A stretch of DNA of 63,519 nucleotides, filler included, from Olpidium bornovanus S191 (GCA_017911155.1; 25 parts of 25 records of this genome joined end to end with filler, not necessarily neighbours in it); one strand, 5' to 3'. Positions 14,040 through 25,940 are shown, numbered from the whole stretch's first letter. A program made the numbers and translations. Notes: generated by a model from the sequence alone, not told the origin.

Positions 14040-15293
14040 TCGTCAAGCTGCGGATGTCCGTAGAACGACGGTGACAAGAGCCAAATTGTTCTCCTTCTCA
14101 GGCCGGAGGACACCGTTCTGATCGGAGTACGTCTTGTACTCGACCTGCTCGCATTGCTGACGCGGCCCAATGCCGGCGCTCAGATGGAAAGTTTCTGGGG
14201 TCAATATTAACAGTCCTGAACCCCACCTCGTCCAACAAACTCAACCCCTTCAAACTTCGCGAGGTCCGCCCGGGGCCCGGTGTGCTGGGTGGCACCAACG
14301 GTCTGCTCAACGAAGCACCGAGTTCCCGCTGCCTCGCGACTTCGTTCTGCTTCACGCCCGGCTTCCAACGCCCTCTTCAAGACCTTCGCGGACCGAGGCA
14401 AACGCGATCTGCGACTCCTCCGCCGTCGCGCGGCCGTCCTCAACTTTCTGCCTGAGCTCCTCCGCCTGCCGGACTGCGCGGTCGCGCTCGCCAGCTTTTT
14501 CTCCCGTGCGCCCGTCGAGTTCCGCGACAAGGGCTTCTAACTCCTGGCGCACCGCTTCTTGCTCCCTCGCCGCCTCTGCCGCCTCCTGGTTCTCTGATGA
14601 ATCAGCCGCCTTTTGCAGTGTTGCGTCGCGCTCGGATTCGGCAGCCGCTTTCTCCTCCGCGAACCTGGCCTGAAGAGCGCTCGTGTGTTTCCGCTCCTCG
14701 GCCATGCGGAGCCGACCCACCACGCGCTAGAACACCTCCTGTGCAACCTTGAACGCCTCATCGTCCTCCTTCAAGCGTGCTTCGAGCAGCTTATTCACAT
14801 CTTCCACTTCCGACTTCTGTTGCACAAGCTGCTCGAGTTCTGCTGAAGCTCCTGCTCCTGGCGGCCACGAGCTTCTCGCGAACCCCGTCCAGCTCGCTGC
14901 AAGGCACTCGGATTCGGCGGTCTTTAGGTCACGGGCGAGAGGGGCGTCGTTTTCAACTCCGGCGCTGTAGACGGCGGCTGCTTTCTCCTCCTCGAACGCT
15001 GTGACCCTGGCTTGATTTTCCGTGGTTTTCGTAGCGGTAATGATGAAACGAAAGCAAACGAACTGCGATTAGCGCTCTCGGCCTTGCGTCTTTCCCGTAA
15101 GTTGATTCCCCATGGTTTTCGTAGCGGTAATGACTACCTTTGGGTAGGCACCAGGCTTCGGCTGAGACCGCTCGGGACCTCCCCGAGTTTGCGTTTTGCC
15201 AAAACGCGCGGACTGGAACCAGGGATTTCGACAGGCTTTGTTGCCCAAGGTTTGAATAACGCAATCGCCACCAATGACGACGCCGAATTTCAC
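14040..15293 (-). pseudogene. Coiled-coil ORF disrupted by several in-frame stops
   Basis: One frame gives E/K/A/Q-rich heptad-like sequence interrupted by TAA (15069), TAG (about 14726) and TGA (14352); includes a 90-bp-spaced imperfect repeat at 15012 and 15102. Confidence 0.45.
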
Positions 15294-15421
15294 TTGTGTT
15301 TAAATGGACGCGTCCCATCCCNNNNNNNNNNNNNNNNNNNNNNNNNNNNNNNNNNNNNNNNNNNNTTAATTAATTAANNNNNNNNNNNNNNNNNNNNNNN
15401 NNNNNNNNNNNNNNNNNNNNN

Positions 15422-16320
15422 CCATGCTAGAAGATGACGCGGCAATCTGGTACCAATCGCTTGGCCAATCGTATGCTTGGGAGGAGTTCAAAACAGAATT
15501 TTTCCAGAGGTTCAGAGACCCCCAAGCAGAAGAAAATGCGTGAGCCAAGCTCCATCATCTTCAGCAAACGTGCCCCGCTAAAAAACACACGGAGGAATTT
15601 AAACGCCTGGCCACGTGAATTTGAACCTCACTGAAGGCGACAAAATGCAAACGTACCGAGGCGAGCTCAATGCCGACCTTTGCCGCGACTTAACCATTAT
15701 GAAAGTGAAAACTTTCGACGAGGCAGTCAAAGAGGCGGAAGAGCTCGATGACATCGCGTTCCAAGAGCGACAACGGACACAACAAGAAAAACCGGAAAGA
15801 CGCCCTGGACGCGAGAAGGCAAACCGTGTAACCGAAAAGTTACGCGACCGCAAGCCGACCACAACGGCAATCTCCCCAAAGGCCAAGAAGAACGCTGAAA
15901 GAGAGGAGCACCGCAAGAAAGGGGCTTGCTTTTACTGCAAGCAACTTGGCCATATCGCCCTCGCATGTTCCAACAAAGGCACAAAAAACTAGCAGAGAGC
16001 GCTCCCGCTGAAAGGGCGCGCTCGCCTCTTAGGCCCACAAGAAAGACACCGGTACCTTGTGCGGCTGCCAAACCGGTGAATACCGTCAAACACAACTCAG
16101 GTGACTTAGGCGACTATGTGTCTTTTGACATCTCCATTATAATCAACGGGCAAACCAAAGTTGCCAACGTAGACAGCGGATACACAGGCATCCTCGCCTC
16201 CGATGAATTTGTCCGGCGACGAAGCTTTTGCACCTTCAAAGGACCGCTGAATAGAATTGACTTTGCCGAAGGCAAAAAAGCGCACTCGTCAACTTATGTG
16301 CAAATATCCGCCCAAATCGG
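15422..16320 (+). mobile_element. Ty3/gypsy gag-protease fragment (degenerate)
   Basis: Retrotransposon-gag-like A..WY..L....WEEFK.EF..RF; zinc knuckle CFYCKQLGHIALAC; aspartic protease VDSGYT in the -1 frame. Confidence 0.88.
15983..16023 (+). promoter_or_regulatory. Programmed -1 ribosomal frameshift signal (A AAA AAC + hairpin)
   Basis: In-frame slippery heptamer 15983-15989 just before the gag TAG, 7-nt spacer, then GAGCGC-U-CCC/GGG-C-GCGCUC stem-loop 15997-16023; protease ORF is in the -1 frame. Confidence 0.8.
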
Positions 16321-16545
16321 CCCGGCAGCAGTGAGCCCGGCAGCAGCGGCTTCGACATGGCAACCATGGCGGACAAATACAGACAGAAAAAGCGCGGCTT
16401 CGACATGGCCACCATGGTCGGCGGGCACCCACCTCCAGCTTGACGCACAGCCCGCGTCATGATTCGTCGACCCTCCAGGTCTCCTTTACTTCCCAGTAAA
16501 CTGGGATGGAGGCAGGGCGCGGAGCAGCGCCGCCTTTTATACCCG

Positions 16546-16613
<68 letters not shown>

Positions 16614-17095
16614 CCCCCCCCNNNNNNNNNNNNNNNNNNNNNNNNNNNNNNNNNNNNNNNNNNNNTTAATTAATTAANNNNNNNNNNNNNNNNNNNNNNN
16701 NNNNNNNNNNNNNNNNNNNNNACATGCTGCCTTTCCGGTATGTTGCGCACGGAAAGGCCGGCGAGGAGGTATGGAAAAGCAAGCCCCGGAGACGGAGGAC
16801 GGAGCGTGCAGAGGCAGAGAGTTCGGGGAGGGATAGGAAGCGGGGGGGTGGTCGAGAAAGAAGAAGAAGAAGAAGAAGGCCTTCTCTTTTTCCAGGGAAG
16901 GTCCGCAGGAGAAACCGCCCCGTTCTCGGTCGTCTTCTTTTTTTTTTTTTTTTTTTTCCCTTCTGGCGGGTTCTCGGTTTATGTGGGCGGGCGCCCTTTT
17001 CCCCCTTCCCGCGCCCCTTTTCTGTTTTTTCGCTTCGGCGCCCCCCGGCAACCCCCCCCCCCATATCCCCCGTCTGTCGCCGGTGACCTGTGACC

Positions 17096-18556
17096 ATGGC
17101 CGAGCCGGAGACCGCCAGGCCGCCGTGCGCCGCGCGCGAGGAAGATCAGCAGCAGGAGAAACGCTGTCCGGAAGACCAGCCCGCCGAGCGCGGCCCATCG
17201 CACAAGCGCGCGCGGGCCGGGCCGCCGTCGGGCCAGGAAAAAGGCGAGTGCGCCGCGCGGGACGCGAAGCGGAAGCGGAACAGGGCGGAGCCGCTCGAGG
17301 AGCTCCCGAACGGGTTCAAGGTGTTCCCCGTCCTCGTCCCGCGCGCGGAGCGCGCGAGGCCCGCCGCGACGGGGCCCGCACCCGCGAGCCTCGCCGCGCA
17401 CTACATGTATTTCAAGGCGCACGAAGCGCGGCGGCCGGACCCGGCTGCGCCCGCCGGCCGCACGCTTTTCGTAGCCAACGTCCCCGCCGACGCCACCGCC
17501 GAGCACTTCCGGCCGCTGTTCCGCGCCGTCGGGAAGATTGAGAGCGTCAGGTTTCACCGCGCCAGGAAAGACGACGGCGGCGGGGCGCCGACCGCGGGGT
17601 CGCTCTTCGACGTGCTGGCGGGAACGGAGGCGGCGCCGGAAGAGAGCGACGGCGGCGAGGGGGTTTTGGACGAGTTTGCGGCCGGCGCGCCGGAACGAAA
17701 GCAGGCCGGCCGGAGCAGGAAGGCGAAGGCCGACCTCGCTGCCTTGCGCCTCCTCGAAGAGCGCATGAACAACGCCAGAAGGCTGCCCTTGTCCGGTGGC
17801 TCCTTCGCCCATGTTGCCTTTCGCCGCAGCGACGCAGTGGAGAAGGCTCTCAGCATGCTGCAAATGCCCCGGGTCTGGGGCGAGGGCATGCTGCCCGGCA
17901 GCGAGAAGGGCTCGCTCCGGCCTATTGGATACGAAGGTACGGTTCGAGCGGATTTCCGCGCCCCGCACCGCGCACGCGGGTGCCCCGGCCGACTGGAACC
18001 AGCTCGTCGATAACGCCGGAAAATCCATCCCGTTTGCGTTTGCTGCACCAGGCTACCGGAACGAGTACTTCGCTCTCCGTCCCGACCGCGCTGACCTCCA
18101 AGCAAGCGTGGACGCCTTCATGGCCCACTTCGACGCCAAGGAGCGCCAAGCTCGCCTTGCTGAGAAGCGGAAGCACAACGTCGTCGACGAAGACGGCTTC
18201 GTAACCGTCACTCGCGTTGGACGCCGAAACACCAACACGGACCGAGACGGCAACACCGTCATCGCCGTCAGTGCCGAAATGGCGAAACGGTCGATGGACG
18301 AAAGCAGAAATAAGAGGAAAAAGACGGAGCTCGTCGACTTTTACAGGTTCCAGAGGCGCGAGGCTAAGAAGAACAGTGAGTTATTTCCATGCTGGCCGGA
18401 CTCCCTGTTTGTTGCGGACACATCGCGCCCCCGCGCTCGGGTCCTTTTGCTGATGGGCGATCTGTACCAGAACTCGCCGACCTGAGGAAGAAGTTCGACC
18501 AAGACAAGAAGAAGATAGAGGCTCTCAAGGCCCAACGGAGGTTCAAGCCGTATTAG
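17096..18556 (+). CDS. RRP7: Ribosomal RNA-processing protein 7 (spliced)
   Basis: HYMYFKAH, RTLFVANVP, DEDGFVTVTR, LVDFYRFQRRE.K, LRKKFDQDKKKIE.LK..RRFKPY*. Confidence 0.92.
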
Positions 18557-19192
18557 AACGGCGCGCAGTACTCCCTAACCGCGTTTCAATGGGTAGCGTT
18601 TTTTCTTTGCTTGCTTTACTGTCTCTGGCATGCACCAGCTTTCTGCAAGACACATGTATTATACAGGAAGACTGCTGCACTCGCACGTCACGTGCACGCG
18701 TATCAGGTTCCAGGTGGAAAAAGGAAAGATAATCGTCTTGGAATGGTGATCTGGCACCCGCAAACGCGCACGACGGCCCGTTCTTTGATTTCCATCGATA
18801 TGTCATTTTCGCTGCCATCCGCCTGGCAACATGTATCGGAGTTTCAGATAGCTGACAACGGCGATCCTTCCGCCCGACTGACAAAACATAAAGCGTTTTC
18901 GGAGATACTTTTGGTGTGCCACTGTTCTGCGCATCGATCATGCAGGCAGCGGGGTATTGCGATGCTGGGGACTCTTGACGTTCATCGTTGACAACCGCAC
19001 ACGTTGTGATCATCACAGCAGTGGGACAATTTCGTCCCAGATCATGGCACCGGTGCCTGCAATCGGCGATATTCCGGGAAGCAAACGCATACCAAAAACT
19101 CCGGCAGCGAAGGTACAGTCGTGCGCAGGTGGCACGCCAATCCAGGTCGCAGCCGCAACAAACAAACCGTTTGCGGACTCGTCCGCGACAGC

Positions 19193-20428
19193 TCATGGGA
19201 CTCTTTGAGCCAAAAAGGAATTTACGGGCCTGCCGTCTTCGACGTACTCAATCCTGTCGCAGATAATTTTCCAGGCGCGGGTTCCATCTCCAAACTCCCT
19301 CGCCAACTCTCCCGGCTTGAGGATAAAACGAGGGTCCCGCGGCTTGGAGAACGTGGGCGGCGTGTCGGAAACAAACGTCGAGACCATGAAGAAGCCACCG
19401 GGCGCGACCAGGTCGCGCACGAGCGGGAAGACGGCCCGCTCCAGGAAGCGGATCATTAGGACGAGGTCGTACTGCCTCTCCGCGAAACCCGACGGCGGGG
19501 ACCCACCGTCGCGGTGGAACGGGCTCGGCGATTCCGCAGTGTGCGGGGCGTCAGGCGGACTGGAGGAGGGCATCTCCGCCGCAACGCTCGGCGTCTCTTG
19601 TGACGTTTGGATAGCCGACGACGGAGTTGCAGCTGGCGGCGCGGGCGGCGTCGTCAAAGCGGCGCCTGCGGTCGCCGCCACGCTCCGGATAGCACCGTTG
19701 CCCAGAAACCTGGCGTGGACGGTCTCCAGCCTGTCAGCCACTCCCAAATTCTCCGCGAGACGGACGAGCTTGTCGAGCAAGTCCCTCTTGTGTTCGACGG
19801 CGGTCGCTCTCCACTTCCGGCGCATCATCAGCCACGCGACGTCGCGCCCGCTGCCGCAACCGAGGTCGCACACGCTGAACGTCCCCCGGCGTGACGACAC
19901 AGAGAGGCCGACCTCGATGTCCGCGATGGTCCGCTTGAGCAGCGGACACGGCGCGAAGAGCGGAGGACCGTAAGGCGGCGGCTCGGAGAAGGCGCAGGGG
20001 GCGGCCACCAGCGAGAGCTCCGCGGCGGCCGCCCACAACTCGGGCCCGTCGCGGAGCTCGTGGACGACCTCGAAACCGCTCCGAGCGAGACGCGACACGG
20101 GGTCGTCCGGCGGCGGCGGCGTGGCCGCGCCGGGCGGCCGGGCGGGAGCAAGGACGGCCAGCCGGGCGCCGCGCGCGGGCAGCTCGGAGCCGCGGTCCGC
20201 CAGCTGCCCGGCGGGTATGTTGGTCGAGCCGCGTATCCTCTTCGCGCGGGCCGCGGCGCGGTCTCTCACGTCCAGGAGCGGCGGCAAACCCGTGAGCTCG
20301 TCCCTCGGCAGCAGGGCCGAGTTCAGCCAGGCCCGCAGCAAGTCGCGGGCGGCCGCGGACGGCGGCGGAGGCGGCGAGGACGCCAGCGGGTGCAGGCGCC
20401 CGGCCGCGGACGCCACGGGCCGGTTCAT
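19193..20428 (-). CDS. Rhodanese-like + class I SAM-dependent methyltransferase fusion, intronless
   Basis: LLDVR......RIRGSTNIP...L..R..ELP (rhodanese); VCDLGCGSGRDVAWL (SAM motif I); YDLVLMIRFLER, LVAPGG, F.LKPGEL...F (TehB-like C-terminus). Confidence 0.8.
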   Translation of the reverse strand: MNRPVASAAGRLHPLASSPPPPPSAAARDLLRAWLNSALLPRDELTGLPPLLDVRDRAAARAKRIRGSTNIPAGQLADRGSELPARGARLAVLAPARPPGAATPPPPDDPVSRLARSGFEVVHELRDGPELWAAAAELSLVAAPCAFSEPPPYGPPLFAPCPLLKRTIADIEVGLSVSSRRGTFSVCDLGCGSGRDVAWLMMRRKWRATAVEHKRDLLDKLVRLAENLGVADRLETVHARFLGNGAIRSVAATAGAALTTPPAPPAATPSSAIQTSQETPSVAAEMPSSSPPDAPHTAESPSPFHRDGGSPPSGFAERQYDLVLMIRFLERAVFPLVRDLVAPGGFFMVSTFVSDTPPTFSKPRDPRFILKPGELAREFGDGTRAWKIICDRIEYVEDGRPVNSFLAQRVP

Positions 20429-20749
20429 TTTGTTTGTGCGTCGCAATTCTCTCTGTTTTCTGTTTCGGTTTTCGCGCCGAGTTTCGCTGCCCTGCCGGGT
20501 CCAGCGTAACACCGCCGCAAGGTGCCGTGCATGGCGAAGTGTGGCGGGATTGGGAGGCACTTCCGATAGAAATATTGGTGGATACGGTCAGTGCAATTTA
20601 AGTTGTCAAAAGGTTCCCAAGAATTTGCAGACGACGGGTACCCTTTCCANNNNNNNNNNNNNNNNNNNNNNNNNNNNNNNNNNNNNNNNNNNNTTAATTA
20701 ATTAANNNNNNNNNNNNNNNNNNNNNNNNNNNNNNNNNNNNNNNNNNNN

Positions 20750-20846
20750 ACCCTAACCCTAACCCTAACCCTAACCCTAACCCTAACCCTAACCCTAACC
20801 CTAACCCTAACCCTAACCCTAACCCTAACCCTAACCCTAACCCTAA
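20750..20846 (+). repeat. Telomeric (CCCTAA)n array at a contig start
   Basis: About 16 perfect CCCTAA units running into the gap, C-strand at the left end as expected for a chromosome end. Confidence 0.93.
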
Positions 20847-21144
20847 CCCCGGCGGAGCCGGGTGGGCCCGCGGGGCCGAGCAAGCGGCAGCGACGCAAGC
20901 CCCCGTAGTTCCCCGTCCCCCTCCCCCCCCCCCCCCCCCCCCGCCCCGCCCCCCCCCCCCGCCCCCTCTTCCCCCCCCCCCCCCCCTTTTCCGCCCTTTC
21001 CCGTCGTCTTCCCCATCTCCCCCACCTTAGTCACGCACACGGGCCATGACACATGCCGGATTAAAAAAAAAGAAAAAAAAAAAATCGCGGACACCCCCCC
21101 CCCCCCCCGGGGCCCCCCCCCAAAGCGGGGCGGGCCCGCCCCCT

Positions 21145-21202
<58 letters not shown>

Positions 21203-21326
21203 CCCCCCCCCCCCCCCCCCCCGCGACCCCCGCCGCACCGCGTCCCCTCGCGGCCCGGCCCCGCCCCAGCACGCGCGGTCGCCCGCTGGCGAAATACGAA
21301 AAACACGTCGGAAACGCGTGGGGCCC

Positions 21327-21361
<35 letters not shown>

Positions 21362-21849
21362 GAAGGAGAAGGAACCAACGCTCCCCTCCCCTCGCCCTCG
21401 CCGCTGGCCTAGCGCCCGCCCGGGCTTCCCCGACGGGATTTATCGGCGATTTAAGGGGGGGGGGGGAAGGGGAACGCAAAGCAAATTTTGCCGTCACTGC
21501 GCAGAAATCCTCACGCTCCCGCACCCCCTTTTCGCCCGCAGCACCACTGCCCTCCCCCGCGCTCTCACCCGCCTGCCTCCCCACTCCCCCCCGCCCCCCG
21601 TTTTCTGCTCGTAAATGCGCCGCGCGCCATATTATTCTGCTTACGCCATGCACGCCGGCGGGCGGAGCGAAATAGACGAGAGGGCGAGAGAGAGAGAGAG
21701 AGGAAGAGAGAGAAGGGGGTGAAGAGAAAAGATCGAGGAAGACCCGAAGGCCATCCTCCTTCCCGTCCCGGGCATCGCCCCGTGTGAGCAAAAACCACCC
21801 GTCGACCCGCTTCGGGCCCCACTCCCAACCCACCTTTCACCCTCCTCGC

Positions 21850-21960
21850 CGCAGTCGTCTCCGACCGCCAGGTCCGTTCCGTCTCCCCGTCCGAGCGCGG
21901 CCGCAGTCGTCTCCGACCGCCAGGTCCGTTCCGTCTCCCCGTCCGAGCGCGGCCGCAGTC
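21850..21960 (+). repeat. 52-bp tandem repeat (2 copies + partial), subtelomeric
   Basis: cgcagtcgtctccgaccgccaggtccgttccgtctccccgtccgagcgcggc starts at 21850, 21902 and partly 21954. Confidence 0.93.
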
Positions 21961-24900
21961 TCCCGCCGTTCTTGCTCCACGTCCGCCTGCCTCCAACAGC
22001 CGCGCGGCTTTTTTGCCGATCGGCACGCCCCGAAACCCCTCCCCCCCTCCCGCTTTCGCCGATTCGCTTTCCCCTCGATGCTGTTGGCGCCGCCCCGGCC
22101 GCGCTGCCCCGCGGTCGGTCTGCTTGAAAGCGGAGGGCGAAAGGACGCGGCGCAGGCGACGTGTCCCGACCAGAAGTCCGCCCTGCCGGGCCGGGCGCTG
22201 CGCGATGACGCCGCCGGCAGGCCCGTCCGGGCCGCCTTCGTCGCTTCTCTGAAAGCCGTCAGCGAGATCGTCGGCGCGGAAGGAGCCCTGGTCGGCGACG
22301 TAGGTTAAATATCAAGTACCACGCGGAAAGGGTGTGGGGGGGGGGGGNNNNNNNNNNNNNNNNNNNNNNNNNNNNNNNNNNNNNNNNNNNNTTAATTAAT
22401 TAANNNNNNNNNNNNNNNNNNNNNNNNNNNNNNNNNNNNNNNNNNNNCACGGGTGTCAACGGCGCCGAGCTTGTTTGGACGCTGCCAACCGGCCCGACGT
22501 AAGTTGCCCCCGGCGGGCCACGCACCACTGCCCCCTGATATCTACGGGCCCTACGAAGGGATCCCACAACGGCTGTATACTGTACGCCGGTGTCGGAGAT
22601 GGAACGGCCTTTGCGTGCGCGAGGATTGATGCACCGCGCGCGATCACAATCGAGGGAAAGGTAGCGGCTGAGGGAATAATGAGCAGAAAGCATAGACCAA
22701 TCACCGGCAAAACGAAGGCCTCTCCAGTTTTGAGTTGTTTTCGTCTCGGTTTCCCCTTGGCCGTGTATAAAATAGGGGCCACACGCGCGAACCAAAACCC
22801 CCCCCCCACATTTCGTAGGCCCCCTCCCCCTTTTGTTTTTGAACGAAATAGACTCGGCGCACCGCACGCATCGGCGGCCGTGAGGCCCAAATGTCTTCGT
22901 TTCCCTGTCCGTCGGCCACCCCACCGGCAGCGTCGGCCACCGCGCGGGACCAGCCCATAGGATCGTTAGCCGCTGTGGCGTCTCGGCTTATCAATCACGG
23001 TCTCAACTTCGTTGAGTTGGCACGTCGAACCGACCGGTAGCAGGTGAGTGAAGTGACGCACCCAAATAATTCCTCGCCCGTCCTGTGCCCTCTGCGGGAC
23101 CAAAGCCGGTTACCCCTGCTTTCCCGTCGATCTCCACCCGACTTCGGGTCCGGGAAGAGACGACATTATTTGGTGCTCCCGGGCAGGAGCTGGTTCGACG
23201 GTCCTCGGGACGACGTGAGCGTGCTGATATCAAGTAAGGTTTGAAAGGTGCGTCCCGTCATTTTCACCCGCGTTTGCCTCCTGCCGCGGCGATGGCGACG
23301 TGACCGCCGAAGATCGCGGAAAGCTCCCCGAAGCCCAGCACGACTGCAACACGAGATGCTTGTTATCCAAGACGCGTCGTGGGCCCGCCCCGACGGGGTG
23401 TCGGACGAGAGCGTTTCTTTGATGTTCGACCATGGCCCCCGCGTCATATACGTGTGGTCAAAGTTCCCACTCTTTGATGCACGAGGCGGACGGTTCGTCC
23501 GCCTGGGCGACGTTAACCAGAAAGCGCCCATCACCCGCCCCCGCCACGAACGCGGGCGAGACCACAATCCCTCCGCGTTCGTTGGCATTCTCCGTTCTGG
23601 CCGGGGCGTGATATTTTTTTCCGTGTGCTTGCCGTCGTCCGGTCCAAGCAGAGTTATCCGGGAAATTGAGTCGACAGAGGAAGGCGAGGAAGGCCTCGTG
23701 GCGACGGGCGTGCGCTTGCGCCGGGTGAACAAGCGGTACCTACGCGCTGAAGACCACCTGCCCCCCGAAGAGGACTGGCCTCGCATTTGCGAGCCTATCC
23801 GTTGGAACGAGTCGTTCGTCATGTGCGTTCTTTTCAAAATGCGCACCCGGAAAGTCCGAAGATTGGCAGTTAGATGATGATAACTGCAGGATTACCGGGA
23901 CTGACCGCGGCCGCTTACAGGGACAAGTCGCGCTGGAATCGCGGGGGCCGCCGCGGGCCAGAACTGCTAAGCGCGTTGCGACGCACCTTTCGATCGGTCA
24001 TAAGTTCGGTCGCGTTGAGGATAGTGGCGGCGGCTGACCTCGATGCTCCCAGCCCCCGGGCTCTCTTCCCCGGTAAAGACTGGAGGATCCGTCCAAGGCC
24101 ATGCTCGTCATCAATAACGGGACAGAAGGTGCTCTCCACGGCCACCAAGTTGTCCATGCCCCTACAAACGAATGCCGCCATCCGGATGCTGTACGTGCTG
24201 CTCTCGGCACCCAGGTCACGCTGGTTTCCGCCGTTATCCAGTACATCTCTCGTGGTCCCCGGCGGTTTGTGTGCTGGGCGTACACTAGGGGCCGCCGCCG
24301 GGTCTGAAGTGGCCCCTGGTGGGAAACAACCCGACGGCGTGGCTGCGCGTGGAATTGATCAATGTACTTGCCATGACCCCCGTCATGTCCACGGGATTCT
24401 CTATCGACGGCGGGTGGTTTGACGCGATGGTCGCCTTCTTCACGGCGCTCCCCGCCATGCCGGAAACCAAGATACAGTTCGCGTGCGTGTCCGCGGCTAT
24501 CCGACAAAGAAAACGATTAAAAAGACGTTTACGCGCGATAACCTCGGAATCCCGACGTTTACGTGCGTTAACTTTTCGCACTATTTTGTGTGGCACAAAG
24601 AATGGGTGCTGTTATCCGCCGGAGCGCGCCAATGCGGAGGTGATCTGCCATACGCGGCCTGCTAGTTTGTCGAGGCGGCAAAAGCTTACGACGAGGCGAT
24701 GAACGGCCCTCTTGGAGGCGTCCTCGACGGTGGCGTGCGAGAGAGAAGGGAGGGGGGTGCGACGCGCCCTTATGGCCGAGCGCTTAGGTCGAGAGGGGAA
24801 AGGACTTCGGGCCATTCTCGAGGGCTATCTATCGAAGAGCGTATAGTTTCCTTCTGACCTGCCTGCCAGATAAACACGGCACTGCCGTCAGGCACACGCT

Positions 24901-25067
24901 CCCGGAGGATGGCGGCCTGCTTCTGGGCAAGAAGCGCAGACGGGAAGAGGTCGACCGGCATGTTTTCGGGCGGGGACGTTGCAGCGAGGGTGCTGACGGG
25001 GAGGTGTTTACCCCCCGCGCCGCCCGCAGCACCCCCCACCCCCCCCAAATATACCGCAACGGGCGCA

Positions 25068-25240
25068 GTCAGACAAAGACAATAACGCGCCTGAAAATAA
25101 CGAGTCAGACGAAGACAATAACGCGCTTGAAATTAACGAGTCAGACGAAGACAATAACGCGCCTGAAATTAACGAGTCAGACGCAGACAACAACGCGCCT
25201 GAAAATAACGAGTCAGACGCAGACAATAACGCGCCTGAAA
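25068..25240 (+). repeat. 36-bp tandem repeat x5; one frame reads acidic (NESDEDNNAPEI)n
   Basis: gtcagacgaagacaataacgcgcctgaaattaacga at 25068, 25104, 25140, 25176, 25212 with few substitutions. Confidence 0.93.
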
Positions 25241-25480
25241 CCGACGACGGTGACGACGACGAGGGAATCGCACGTTTCGTTACCGCCGCCATCGCATGGG
25301 GCGCAAAAAACGGCCTCAGAACTGTGCAGTACTCCGACTCGTTACGGACGTTATCGGTGGCGGTTAGGGATCCCCCGCCGTTTTCCGTACATTACGGTAA
25401 CTTGTGTTGCGGTGTTGTAGTGCAATAACTTCGTTTTGCACCGCCATAACATCCAAATCTATCCGCTTTTTTTTGAAGAC

Positions 25481-25590
25481 GCGGCCCGATGCGGCCCGAT
25501 GCGGCCCGATGCGGCCCGATGCGGCCCGATGCGGCCCGATGCGGCCCGATGCGGCCCGATGCGGCCCGATGCGGCCCGATGCGGCCCGAT
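25481..25590 (+). repeat. (GCGGCCCGAT)11 minisatellite
   Basis: 11 perfect decamers followed by degenerate gcgaccgat units. Confidence 0.97.
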
Positions 25591-25829
25591 GCGACCGATG
25601 CGACCTTGATGAACGATGCGAGCGGCAAGACCGTTGCGAATGATGCGACCGACAGGAGTGATGATCGTCGTCGGATGGCGCAGGGGAAGACGACTTGGAT
25701 CCCGGAGACGACGGCGGCCTTGGCGGGGGNNNNNNNNNNNNNNNNNNNNNNNNNNNNNNNNNNNNNNNNNNNNTTAATTAATTAANNNNNNNNNNNNNNN
25801 NNNNNNNNNNNNNNNNNNNNNNNNNNNNN

Positions 25830-25940
<111 letters not shown>

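Noticed and set aside
14040-15293. Stop-codon reassignment explaining interrupted ORFs
   Set aside because: TAA, TAG and TGA all interrupt frames here, and host genes end normally with TAG, TAA or TGA; decay is simpler.
18560-19190. ORFs between RRP7 and the methyltransferase
   Set aside because: No motif or consistent coding frame recognised.
25068-25240. 36-bp repeats as a CRISPR array
   Set aside because: Units are directly tandem with no unique spacers, no cas genes, eukaryotic context.
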